From contig JACUUM010000005.1 in assembly GCA_014859305.1 (NCBI GenBank), forward strand, positions 1 to 61,474: DNA of 61,474 nucleotides. Reading direction: 5' to 3'. The stretch is from Coriobacteriia bacterium. GTDB lineage: Bacteria > Actinomycetota > Coriobacteriia > Anaerosomatales > Kmv31. Below are positions 25,435-34,413 of the stretch, one piece after another. The translations under genes were made by a program, and so were the position numbers. The notes beneath the pieces were generated by a model. That model was not told the origin of the DNA, did no database searches, and saw only the letters and a list, made by a program, of their open reading frames with translations. Every line of letters begins with the position of its first letter. Position 1 is the stretch's first letter.

Positions 25435-28400
25435 TCAGGCGACGGGTGATGGCAGGATAGGGCGGTTGAGGTGTGCTAGCAACTCCTCGGCCGGTGCGCC
25501 GAGCACCCAGGCGCGGAACGACTCGAACGCCTCGATCTCCCGCAGCCCCTCCGCGTAGCGCACCGACGACGTCAGGTCGACCCTGCGCTGCGCGTCGGGC
25601 ACCCGCAGGCGCCGGTACGACCCGCTCCCCTCTCCCGTGGCGAGCCCGAGCTCTCGGAAGACGCCGATGCCGGCGGAGACGCCGCGGTCGGTCAGCCTGC
25701 TCCGGCGGTCCCGCCGCCGGACCCGCTCGGCGAGCTCGGCGTTGGTGACCTCGAACGGCCCTCCCTCGCTCCCGGCCTGCATCTCCCTCAAGGTCAGGTA
25801 GAGCGCGCCGAGATCCTCGCGCGAGGGCGCCGACGAGGAGAGGATCATCTCGTTGAGCCTGGCGTCGTTCGGCCCGAACAGCAGGTGGACCGCGGCGGGG
25901 GCGCCGTCGCGTCCCGCCCGTCCGCACGTCTGGTTGAACTCGACGTCGTTGAAAGGCAGGTGGTAGAGGACGACGTGCCGCACGTCCGCGACGTTGACGC
26001 CCTCGCCGAAGGCGCTGGTCGCGACGACCACCGTGATCTCGCCGTCTCGGAACGCCCGTTCGACGGCGTGCCGGGCGGATCGCGTCAGGCCGCCGTTGTA
26101 GTAGGCCACCCGCCAGGCCACTCCGGGCACGCGACCGCGCAGCGTGCGAGCGATGCGCACCGACTGCTCGCGGCTGTTCACGTACGCGATCAGCTTCTCG
26201 CCCCTCGCCGCCAGCGCGGCCAGGTAGACGTCCTTCTCCTCGGCGCGCCCGGCGGCTCCGCGCCGGTCCTCCAGCGACAGGTTCTCGCGTACCGTCGGGT
26301 CCGCGACGACGGTCTCGATGCCGAGGACCTCGCGCACCGCGCCGGCGGCGGCGTCCCCGGCGGTCGCTGTGACGGCGCACACGACCGGACCGCCGAGGAC
26401 CTCCAGCACGCGGCCGAGCCGCCCGTATGCCGGACGGTGGCCGCCCGCCGTCCGGCCGACGTGGTGGGCCTCGTCCACCACGAGGAAGCGGACCCGCCCG
26501 CTCTCGGCGAAGCGGGCGGAGTCGAGTTCGAGGAACTCCGGCGTGGTGAGCACCACGTCGGCGCGGCCCTCGGCGAGCTGCGAGAACAGCGCGTCCCGTT
26601 CGGTCAGCGTGGACTCGCCCGTGACCGTGCGGCAGGACACGCCGATCGCCGCGAGCGATTCCTCGAGGTGGAACGCCTGGTCCGCGACGAGCGCGCGCAG
26701 CGGGTACACGAAGACGGACGCCTCCGCACACGCGATCGCGCGGCGCGCCGCGTGCACGTGGAAGATGAGCGACTTGCCCCGGCCCGTCGCCATCACCGTC
26801 AGGCAGCTGCGTCCTCGGTCCAGGTGGGCGAGAGCCTCGCGCTGAGCGGAGTGCGGTTCGCGCTCCCCGATGAAGTGGCGCAGGAGCGCCGCCTCCAGCG
26901 CGTCCGGGGCGAGCCCCGCCAGCGCAGCGCGCCGCTCCAGCGCCGCCTCGACCGCCTCGGACGCCTCGGCGGAGGCGTCGCGCCGCGACAGGAGCACGTT
27001 CACGCCGAGGCTCCGCGGGCCCTCCTCGGCCGCGGATCCGGCCGGCGGCTCGCCGCCGGTCACCTCGGTCACCTCGACGTCGTACTCGACGCCGGCATCC
27101 AGGACGGGCGCCAGCGCCGCGGCGAGGTGCCGGTTGAGGAAGCCGACCTGGTCCCCGGCCGCGTCGAACAGCGCGCAGGCGTTCGGGTCGTGGGAGTTGT
27201 CCGGCTGGCGGTCGAGCCGCAGCGGCGTGCCCGGCCGCAGACGAGCGACGACGTCCTGCCGCCCCTCGAACGTGACGCCGGCGAGCTTGCTGTGGAACGC
27301 GTCGGCCTCTCCGATGCCGGCGTATGCCTCCTCGGCGCGGGCCAGCACCTCCTCGGCGCGGGCGAAGAGGTCCTCGACCAGCTCGGCGGCGGGCGCGTCC
27401 CGCGGAGCGGGCCGCGGGCGCACCTCGCGCACCTGCATCGCGACCCGCCGCCGCCCCCGCCACTCGTCGGCGTTGAGCTGGTATGCGAGGTCGACCGCCT
27501 GGCAGCACTCCGTCAGGCTCTCTATGTCCCGGCAGCGGAACGCGATCGCCCCGACCGAGACGGCTCCGTCGAACGCGTCGAACCGAAGGTGGGTGCCGTC
27601 GCGCCCGACCCGGCGGCGGCCGTTCATGAACACGCCGCGCGTCGCGAGCAGCGGGCGGGGGTTCGCGTGCCCGAACGGCTCCAGCAGCGCGATCTCGGCC
27701 TCGAGCTCGAGCGAGAGCGTCTCCAGCGCGACCTCGGCGTCGACCACGGTCTCGACGGCGAACGCGCTCTCGGGAAGCGTCGCCAGCGTGCCGGCCATCC
27801 GCTCGCGGAACTCGTCCAGGCGATCGGCGGGCAGGCTGAGGCCCACGGCCGCGGCGTGGCCCCCGAAGCGGTCCAGGAGGTCCGCCGCAGCGGACACCGT
27901 CTCGTAGAGGTCGACGCGCCCCCACGTCCGGCCGGAGCCGACGGCCGCCCCGTCCTCGGTGCGGAACAGCAGTGTCGGCACGCCGAAGGCCGAGGCCAGC
28001 CGGGCCGCCACGATCCCCTTGACGCCGTCGTGCCACCCCTCACCGGCGAGCACGAGGGCGCGGTCGCCGGGACGCAGCCCTTCGCGCGCGAGCGCCTCGG
28101 CCTCCTCGAACAGGTCTTGCTCCGCCGCCTGCCGCAGCCGGTTGTGCTCGTCGAGCGTGCGGGCCAGCTCGGCGGCGTGGAGCGGTTCCTCGGCGAGCAG
28201 CAGCTCGAGGGCCAGCGCCGGGTCGGCCATCCTCCCCGCGGCGTTGAGGCGCGGGGCCAGCCAGAACGCCACCTGCTCCGAGACGACGGAGTCGATCTCG
28301 ACGCCCGCGACGTGCGCCAGGGCGGCCACGCCGGCCCGCGGACGGGAGCGCATGCGTGCGAGCCCGTCGGCCACCAGCGCGCGGTTCTCGCCGAGCAGCG

Positions 28401-29121
28401 GCACGACGTCGGCCACCGTGCCCAGCGACGCGAGGTCGGTCAGCTCCCGCCAGCCCTCCGTGTCGCCCAGGGCGCGCCCGACGGCCTGCACGAGCTTCAG
28501 CGCCACGCCCGCGCCGGCGAGGTCGCACCCCGGCGCCTCGCGCCCGGCGAGCTTGGCGTCCACGACCGGCACGCCTCGCGGCACGCCGGCGCCCGGCTCG
28601 TGGTGGTCGGTCACCACCGCCCGGACGCCCGCGGCGAGCAGGCGGTCCACCTCCGCGGCGGAGGAGATCCCGCAGTCCACCGTGACGACGAGCCCCGGGC
28701 GCTCGGCCAGGATCCGCTCGATGGCCGGCTCCGAGAGACCGTACCCCTCCCGGAAACGATGCGGCACCAGCGCCACGGCCTCTCCGCCGAGTGCCCCGAG
28801 ACCGCACGCGCCCACGGCCGCCGCCGAGATGCCGTCGAGATCGAAGTCGCCGAAGACGACAATCCGCTTCCCCTCCCGTACCGCCGCGGCGACCTCGGCG
28901 GCCGCCTCGGGCATGCCGGGCAGCTCCTCGGGCGGCCGCCAGGACAGGTCCAGCGACGGCGCCAGGAACGCCCGGGCCCGGGCCGGTTCCGAGATGCCCC
29001 TGGAGGCGAGCAAGCGAGCCATGACCGGCGAGAAGCCGCCCTCCTCGGCCAGCCGCCGGCAGGCGGCCTCGTCCACGCGCGCGAGGCGCCAGGGGCTGCG
29101 GGGACAAGCGGCTTCCGTCAT
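25435..29121 (-). CDS. recJ: RecJ exonuclease fused to a HIRAN domain and a RecQ-like SF2 helicase
   Basis: RecJ DHH/DHHA1 motifs (GDFDLDG, TVDCGISS, VVTDHHEP, GGHAAAVG). HIRAN-like LRLDRQPDNSHDPNACALF..VGFLNRHLAAALAPVLD. Helicase motifs MATGRGKS, VVDEAHHV, VTATAG, QTCGRAGRDG. The ORF is open from 29151 (GTG); I prefer the ATG at 29121 because a TAGGAT box lies inside the longer version. Confidence 0.85.
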   Translation of the reverse strand: MTEAACPRSPWRLARVDEAACRRLAEEGGFSPVMARLLASRGISEPARARAFLAPSLDLSWRPPEELPGMPEAAAEVAAAVREGKRIVVFGDFDLDGISAAAVGACGLGALGGEAVALVPHRFREGYGLSEPAIERILAERPGLVVTVDCGISSAAEVDRLLAAGVRAVVTDHHEPGAGVPRGVPVVDAKLAGREAPGCDLAGAGVALKLVQAVGRALGDTEGWRELTDLASLGTVADVVPLLGENRALVADGLARMRSRPRAGVAALAHVAGVEIDSVVSEQVAFWLAPRLNAAGRMADPALALELLLAEEPLHAAELARTLDEHNRLRQAAEQDLFEEAEALAREGLRPGDRALVLAGEGWHDGVKGIVAARLASAFGVPTLLFRTEDGAAVGSGRTWGRVDLYETVSAAADLLDRFGGHAAAVGLSLPADRLDEFRERMAGTLATLPESAFAVETVVDAEVALETLSLELEAEIALLEPFGHANPRPLLATRGVFMNGRRRVGRDGTHLRFDAFDGAVSVGAIAFRCRDIESLTECCQAVDLAYQLNADEWRGRRRVAMQVREVRPRPAPRDAPAAELVEDLFARAEEVLARAEEAYAGIGEADAFHSKLAGVTFEGRQDVVARLRPGTPLRLDRQPDNSHDPNACALFDAAGDQVGFLNRHLAAALAPVLDAGVEYDVEVTEVTGGEPPAGSAAEEGPRSLGVNVLLSRRDASAEASEAVEAALERRAALAGLAPDALEAALLRHFIGEREPHSAQREALAHLDRGRSCLTVMATGRGKSLIFHVHAARRAIACAEASVFVYPLRALVADQAFHLEESLAAIGVSCRTVTGESTLTERDALFSQLAEGRADVVLTTPEFLELDSARFAESGRVRFLVVDEAHHVGRTAGGHRPAYGRLGRVLEVLGGPVVCAVTATAGDAAAGAVREVLGIETVVADPTVRENLSLEDRRGAAGRAEEKDVYLAALAARGEKLIAYVNSREQSVRIARTLRGRVPGVAWRVAYYNGGLTRSARHAVERAFRDGEITVVVATSAFGEGVNVADVRHVVLYHLPFNDVEFNQTCGRAGRDGAPAAVHLLFGPNDARLNEMILSSSAPSREDLGALYLTLREMQAGSEGGPFEVTNAELAERVRRRDRRSRLTDRGVSAGIGVFRELGLATGEGSGSYRRLRVPDAQRRVDLTSSVRYAEGLREIEAFESFRAWVLGAPAEELLAHLNRPILPSPVA

Positions 29122-29128
29122 GGTCACG

Positions 29129-29134
29129 ATCCTA
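29129..29134 (-). promoter_or_regulatory. Candidate -10 box TAGGAT, 7 nt upstream of the recJ-fusion ATG (leaderless candidate)
   Basis: The minus strand reads GAGTAGGATCGTGACCATG. Confidence 0.35.
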
Positions 29135-29214
29135 CTCGACGCCTCCGACACGGGACGGGGGGCGCGGCCGGCGATCGGCCGCTCCCCGCCGCGAGTGACG
29201 GACGGGCCCTCGGG

Positions 29215-30129
29215 CTACGAGGTGCGGCCGGCCCGCTTGGCCAGCGCGCGGTACTTGGGCTCGGTCTCCTTCCACATGACGTACAGGGGCGTGGCGAAAC
29301 CGATCGAGGAGTACACGCCCAGCGCTATCCCTATCATCAGCGCGAACGCGAAGTCCTGCAGGGTCTCCCCGCCGAAGAAGAACAGCACGATGACCGGGAT
29401 GATCGAGGTCACCGACGTGTTGAGCGAGCGTATGAGCACCTGGTTCAAGGAGTCGTTGGCCATGTGCGAGAAGGTCGTCTTCACCAGGTGCTGCGAGTTC
29501 TCGCGGATACGGTGGAAGACCACGACCGTGTCGTACAGCGAGTATCCCAGGATGCTCAGCAGCGCCGCGACGGTGTTGGGCGTGACCGCCCGGGCGGCGA
29601 GCGCGTAGACGCCGAGCACGATGACGATGTCGTGGACCAGCGTGCCCACGGCGATGACGCTCATCTTGTACTCGAAGCGAACGGCGATGTAGAGCAGGAT
29701 CGCCCCGAGCGAGACAGCGAGCGCCAGCAACGCCGCGTTCGTTATGTTGCGGCCCCACCCGGGCCCGATCGTGGTGACGTTCGGCTCCTGCTCCGGCAGC
29801 CCGAGGATCCCGGAGAGCCGGTCGAGCGCCTCCGCGGCCGCGTCCGGGTCCGACTCGGCCGTGCGTACGATGAACTCGCCCTCCTCGGTGCGCTGGATCG
29901 TCGCGTTGGCCGCCTCGGGGACCCCGGCGTCGTCGAGCGCCTGCCGGACGTCCTCGACGCCGGTGTCGTCCGCGCCGATGAAGTGCATCACCGTGCCGCC
30001 CTGGAACTCGATGCCGAAGGTGAGTCCCCGGACCGCGAGAGCCACCACGGAGAACAGCACCAGCGCCGCCGAGAACGCGAGGAGCCAGCGGCTCCTGCCG
30101 ATGAACTCGATCCTAGGCACGGGTCCCAC
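29215..30129 (-). CDS. secF: Protein translocase subunit SecF
   Basis: Typical SecF layout (FIGRSRWLLAFS, GIEFQGGT, six TM segments, LNTSVTSIIPV). It overlaps the secD stop. Confidence 0.93.
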   Translation of the reverse strand: MGPVPRIEFIGRSRWLLAFSAALVLFSVVALAVRGLTFGIEFQGGTVMHFIGADDTGVEDVRQALDDAGVPEAANATIQRTEEGEFIVRTAESDPDAAAEALDRLSGILGLPEQEPNVTTIGPGWGRNITNAALLALAVSLGAILLYIAVRFEYKMSVIAVGTLVHDIVIVLGVYALAARAVTPNTVAALLSILGYSLYDTVVVFHRIRENSQHLVKTTFSHMANDSLNQVLIRSLNTSVTSIIPVIVLFFFGGETLQDFAFALMIGIALGVYSSIGFATPLYVMWKETEPKYRALAKRAGRTS

Positions 30130-31408
30130 CTCCCCTCAGGCCGAGGAGCCAGGGCGTCTTGGACGCCGCCGACTCGGCGATGAGGATCATCGCGGGCCGT
30201 GTCAGGAACCAGGCGACGAACAGGTCGACGGCCAGGCCGATCATCAGCGTGAGCGCGAACCCCCTCACCGGCCCGATCGACAGGACGTACAGCACCAGCG
30301 CGGTGACGAACGTGACGAGGTCGCCGTCGAGGTTCGTCCCGTAGGCGTGCCGGGTGCCGGAGACAGCGGCGCTGCGGGCGGTCTTGCCCAGCCGCACCTC
30401 CTCCTTGAAGCGCTCGAACATCAGGATGGCCGAGTCGGCTGCCAGGCCGACGGTGAGCACGATGCCCGCGATGCCGGGCAGCGTCAGCGTGAACACGCCC
30501 GCTTTCGACATCACGGCCAGGATCCCGAGGAAGATCGAGCCGAAGACGCCCAGGCTGACCCAGCTGAGCACGCCGAGGCCCCGGTAGACCGCCAGCATGT
30601 AGACCGCCACGAGCCCCAGGCCCGCCAGACCCGCCAGCAGGCCCTGGCGAAGCGACTCCTGTCCCAGGGTCGGGCCCACGACGCGCGACTCCGAGAACTC
30701 CAGCGAGACGGGCAGGGCACCCGCTTCCAGCACCGCGGCGAGCCGCCTCGCCTCTTCCGGCGTGAAGTCGCCGGATATCTGCGTCTCGCCCGTGGGGATG
30801 CGCTCCCTGATCTGCGGCGCGGACTGGACGGTGCCGTCGAGCACGATCGCGACGCGCTCGCCCACGTTGGCTCCGGTGTACTGCGCCCAGGCCTCGGCGC
30901 CCCGCCGGTCCATGCTCAGGTTCACGACGATCCTGCCCAGGTCGTCCGTACCCGGGGCCGCCCGCTGTATGACCTCCCCGGTCAGCACGGGCTCGTAGGG
31001 GGTGCCCTCCGGGATCTGCGCCCCCTCCTCGATGCCGGCCTGCACGGTCGCCGGCAGGCTCGCGACGTCCACGAACTCGAGCCGGCCGGTGCTGCCGAGC
31101 GCCTCGAGCGCGCCTTCCACGTCACGGACGCCGGGAAGCTGCACGAGCAGCGACCGGTCGCCCTGGCGCTGCACGGTCGCCTCGGAGACGCCGAGGCCGT
31201 TCACGCGATTGAGCATGACGGTCTCGACACGCGCCATCTGCTGCTGGGTCACACCGACTTCCTCGGCGGTGAGGATGACCGAGACACCGCCTTGGATGTC
31301 GAGCCCCTGCCGTATCTGGGCGCCCGGCGGCCAGAACTGCCACCAGGCCAGCGCGGCCAGGACGACCATGGCCGCGACGAACAGCACGTTGCGTTGCCTG
31401 GGATCCAT
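30113..31408 (-). CDS. secD: Protein translocase subunit SecD
   Basis: GLDIQGGVSV, a periplasmic-type P1 domain, and a C-terminal TM bundle (GIAGIVLTVGLAADSAILMFERFKEE). Confidence 0.93.
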   Translation of the reverse strand: MDPRQRNVLFVAAMVVLAALAWWQFWPPGAQIRQGLDIQGGVSVILTAEEVGVTQQQMARVETVMLNRVNGLGVSEATVQRQGDRSLLVQLPGVRDVEGALEALGSTGRLEFVDVASLPATVQAGIEEGAQIPEGTPYEPVLTGEVIQRAAPGTDDLGRIVVNLSMDRRGAEAWAQYTGANVGERVAIVLDGTVQSAPQIRERIPTGETQISGDFTPEEARRLAAVLEAGALPVSLEFSESRVVGPTLGQESLRQGLLAGLAGLGLVAVYMLAVYRGLGVLSWVSLGVFGSIFLGILAVMSKAGVFTLTLPGIAGIVLTVGLAADSAILMFERFKEEVRLGKTARSAAVSGTRHAYGTNLDGDLVTFVTALVLYVLSIGPVRGFALTLMIGLAVDLFVAWFLTRPAMILIAESAASKTPWLLGLRGGGTRA

Positions 31409-31487
31409 CTCCTGCCTTCCGGTAGTGCGGAAGAACCCTGAGGACGCCGGCGAGGAGTGCCGCGGGCGGCCCCGGCGCCGAAGAAGA

Positions 31488-32168
31488 CTAAAGCAGTTTG
31501 GTGCCGTTTATGACAAGACTGAAGGTCGAGTCGAGCACGACCGCCGCCCTGCGGCACATCTGCATGCGGGACAGGAATATCTCGAAGTACTCCATCACCG
31601 ACACGCTCTCGATATCGATGTCGATCTCCAGGGTGCACAGGCGTGCGTCCGAGTCCACGCGCAGGAACGACCGCTTCGCCGCGTAGTTCACTCGGTCGTG
31701 TATGTCGAACGTCTTGGGGTCGGGATTGCGCACGCGCGTGTGGTGGACGTCGGACTTGTCGGCCATGATGGCGGCCGCGCCGGGGACCGTGGTGGCGATG
31801 CCGAACTCCTCCTCGTGGTTGCCCAGCGCGTTCATGATCACGGCGATCTCGCGCGGGTCCATTCCGAGGCGCCACAGCACGGACTTGGCGAGCAGCGCCG
31901 CGGAGACGCCGTGGTCCTCGCGGGAGATGCAGTTGCCGATGTCGTGCAGGAACCCCGCCATCGCCGCGAGGTCGGCCTGGCGTTCGGCGTAACCGAGCCG
32001 CCGCACGATGTTGCCTGCGATGTGCGCCACGAGGTTCGCGTGGCGCAACCCGTGCTCCGTGTAGCCGATGGCGCCGAGGTAGTCGTCACCCGCTTCGAGG
32101 TAGGCGAGCACGCCCACGTCGGTCTGGATCTCCTCCAGGCTGACCGTCCTGAACTCGGACTGCCCCAT
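31488..32168 (-). CDS. HD-domain phosphohydrolase
   Basis: H...HD metal-binding signature (HGLRHANLVA...AGFLHDIGN), 226 aa, located between yajC and secD. Confidence 0.8.
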   Translation of the reverse strand: MGQSEFRTVSLEEIQTDVGVLAYLEAGDDYLGAIGYTEHGLRHANLVAHIAGNIVRRLGYAERQADLAAMAGFLHDIGNCISREDHGVSAALLAKSVLWRLGMDPREIAVIMNALGNHEEEFGIATTVPGAAAIMADKSDVHHTRVRNPDPKTFDIHDRVNYAAKRSFLRVDSDARLCTLEIDIDIESVSVMEYFEIFLSRMQMCRRAAVVLDSTFSLVINGTKLL

Positions 32169-32450
32169 CTACTCCCCCACCGCGCCGGCCACGAACTCGG
32201 CGCGCTGCACCACGGCGCCCTTCGCCACCTCGACCACGACGCCGTCGGCCACCTGGAGGCGCAGGCTCTCCTCCCCGAGGCTCACGACCACGCCGTAGAC
32301 GCCCCCGGCCGTCAGCACGCGGTCGCCCTCGCGCAACGAGGCGGTGAGCGCGGCCTGCTGGCGCTGGCGTTGCGTCTGCGGACGGATGACGAGGAAGTAG
32401 AAGGCCGCGACGATGACGGCGAGATAGACGATCGTGAACGTCTGGTTCAT
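32169..32450 (-). CDS. yajC: Preprotein translocase subunit YajC
   Basis: A single TM segment followed by IRPQTQRQRQ...LREGDRVLTAGGVYGVV, the classical YajC pattern. The ATG at 32450 was chosen. Confidence 0.85.
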   Translation of the reverse strand: MNQTFTIVYLAVIVAAFYFLVIRPQTQRQRQQAALTASLREGDRVLTAGGVYGVVVSLGEESLRLQVADGVVVEVAKGAVVQRAEFVAGAVGE

Positions 32451-32544
32451 TGCACCTCCCGGGATCCGCGCTCCCGAAGCCGGACGGCCCCGCGGGCGAA
32501 CCGCAATCATACACCACCGCCTGGCCGCGCTCCCTCCGTCCGCC

Positions 32545-33663
32545 TCAGAAATCCTCGGCGCCCGGCCCCTCGAGCCACTCGCGCAGGAACACCCCGTACC
32601 TACCCCCGAGGACCGCCTCGCGCGCCCGCTCCATGAGGTGCGACAGGAACCATAGGTTGTGAGTGGTGAGCAGGATCGCGCCCAGCATCTCCTTGGCGTT
32701 CACGAGGTGGCGTATGTAGGCGCGGCTGAACCCCGCGCACGCCGGGCAGGAGCACGCCACGTCGAGCGGCGCGAGGTCGTCGGCCCAGCGCGCGTTGCGC
32801 ATGTTCATCCGGCCGCGTGAGGTCAGTGCCGTGCCCAGCCGCGCCGTGCGCGTGGGCAGCACGCTGTCGAACAGGTCGACGCCCAGCGCGGCCGCGCGGA
32901 GCATGGTGGTGGGGCTGCCGACCCCCATCAGGTACCGCGGCGCGTCGGAGGGCAGCGCCGCGGCCACGGGCTCCAAGCTCTCGAGCATCCGATCGTGGGG
33001 CTCTCCCACCGAGTAGCCTCCGATGCCGTAGCCGGAGAAGCCGATCCCGGCGGTCCTCTCGACGCTCTCGGCGCGCAGGTGCGGGTAGAGCCCTCCCTGC
33101 ACGATGCCGAAGAGGAGCTGGTCCGGCGAGGCGTGCGCGGCCTTGCACCGCGCGGCCCACGAGGCGGAGCGCCTCACGGCTCGAGCGACCACGCTCTCCT
33201 CGGCAGGGTACGGCGGGCACACGTCCAGCACCATCGCCACGTCCGCGCCGAGCGCCTCTTGGATCGCCATGTTCTCCTCGGGCGTCCACGCGTGCGTGGT
33301 CCCGTCCACGACGGAGCGGAACTCGACGCCCTCGTCGCTCACCCTCAACGTGTCCGAGAGGCTGAAGATCTGGAACCCGCCGGAATCGGTCAGCACCGGC
33401 CGGTCCCAGTTCATGAACGCGTGGAGCCCTCCGGCCCGGTCCACGAGCCCGTGTCCGGGGCGCAGGAAGAGGTGGTACGCGTTGGCGAGCACGATGCTCG
33501 CTCCGATACCGGCCAACGTCTCGGGCGTCATCCCCTTGACGGTCGCGCGTGTGCCCACCGGCATGAACGCGGGCGTGCGCACCTCCCCGTGGGCGGTGAC
33601 GAGCACGCCGGCTCGAGCCGCGGTGCGCGGATCGCGCGCGTCTATGTGGAAGGTCGACGTCAC
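32545..33663 (-). CDS. tgt: Queuine tRNA-ribosyltransferase
   Basis: TPAFMPVGT, LANAYHL, TDSGGFQ, GIGGYSVGE, and the zinc site CSCPAC...H. Confidence 0.95.
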   Translation of the reverse strand: MTSTFHIDARDPRTAARAGVLVTAHGEVRTPAFMPVGTRATVKGMTPETLAGIGASIVLANAYHLFLRPGHGLVDRAGGLHAFMNWDRPVLTDSGGFQIFSLSDTLRVSDEGVEFRSVVDGTTHAWTPEENMAIQEALGADVAMVLDVCPPYPAEESVVARAVRRSASWAARCKAAHASPDQLLFGIVQGGLYPHLRAESVERTAGIGFSGYGIGGYSVGEPHDRMLESLEPVAAALPSDAPRYLMGVGSPTTMLRAAALGVDLFDSVLPTRTARLGTALTSRGRMNMRNARWADDLAPLDVACSCPACAGFSRAYIRHLVNAKEMLGAILLTTHNLWFLSHLMERAREAVLGGRYGVFLREWLEGPGAEDF

Positions 33664-33671
33664 GGGGGCTG

Positions 33672-33677
33672 ATTCTA
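33672..33677 (-). promoter_or_regulatory. Candidate -10 box TAGAAT, 8 nt upstream of the tgt GTG (leaderless candidate)
   Basis: The minus strand reads CCGGTAGAATCAGCCCCCGTG. There is no SD. Confidence 0.4.
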
Positions 33678-33800
33678 CCGGTCGGGCGAGGCCGGCGCGA
33701 GAACGCCCGGCGGGCGCCGCTCGCGCAGCCGGGGAGCCGCCCGGTGGCCGGGGCGGTGCTATGCTTCTCGGAGCGCGCGGCGTTTGTACGGGCTCGCGCG

Positions 33801-33828
33801 TGAACCGGACGGCCGCCCGGGACGTCTA
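33801..33828 (+). promoter_or_regulatory. ECF-type promoter: TGAACC - 16 nt - CGTCTA
   Basis: A -35-like GAAC motif and a -10-like CGTC motif with 16-nt spacing lie about 30 nt upstream of the ECF sigma ATG at 33859. The SD GAAGGGG follows. Confidence 0.5.
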
Positions 33829-33858
33829 GACGGAAGCGGCCCGTGACTGAAGGGGCGC

Positions 33859-34413
33859 ATGCGGCGCGACGGTGACCACACCGCCGACGTGGAAGCGGCG
33901 AGACTCGGCGACACGGACGCGTTCGAGCGGCTCGTTCGGGCGCACGCGGATGCCGTGTACGGTCACGCCCTGCGCTTCTTCGGCGATCCCCACGCGGCCG
34001 AGGACGCGGCCCAGGAGGTGTTCGTCAAGGTGTACCGTTCGCTGGCGACCTTCGACGGGCGCTCGTCGTTCTCCACGTGGCTCTACACCGTCACCCGCCG
34101 CGTCTGCCTCGACATGTTCCGCGCGGGCAAGCGCCGGCCGCTGCCCGTCGACCCGCTGACGGCCCCCGAGCGCGCCACGCCGGATTTCGCCGAGGGCGTG
34201 ACCGAGGCGCGCGCGCTGGAGTCCGCGATGTCGGCGCTGGCTCCGGAGGACCGCGACGCGCTCGGGGCGGTGACGCTCTTCGGGCTGAGCTACGCGGAGG
34301 CCGCCGAAGCGCTCGCCGTGCCGGTGGGCACCGTGAAGTCCCGCGTGTTCCGCGCGCGGCGGACGCTGCTGCACGTACTGGGTGAGGCCGAGGCGAAGGG
34401 GGGTGCCGCATAG
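33859..34413 (+). CDS. ECF (group 4) RNA polymerase sigma factor
   Basis: Region 2 (FERLVRAHADAVYGHALRF..AEDAAQEVFVKVY, FSTWLYTVTRR) and region 4 (LSYAEAAEALAVPVGTVKSRVFRAR). Confidence 0.9.
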   Translation: MRRDGDHTADVEAARLGDTDAFERLVRAHADAVYGHALRFFGDPHAAEDAAQEVFVKVYRSLATFDGRSSFSTWLYTVTRRVCLDMFRAGKRRPLPVDPLTAPERATPDFAEGVTEARALESAMSALAPEDRDALGAVTLFGLSYAEAAEALAVPVGTVKSRVFRARRTLLHVLGEAEAKGGAA

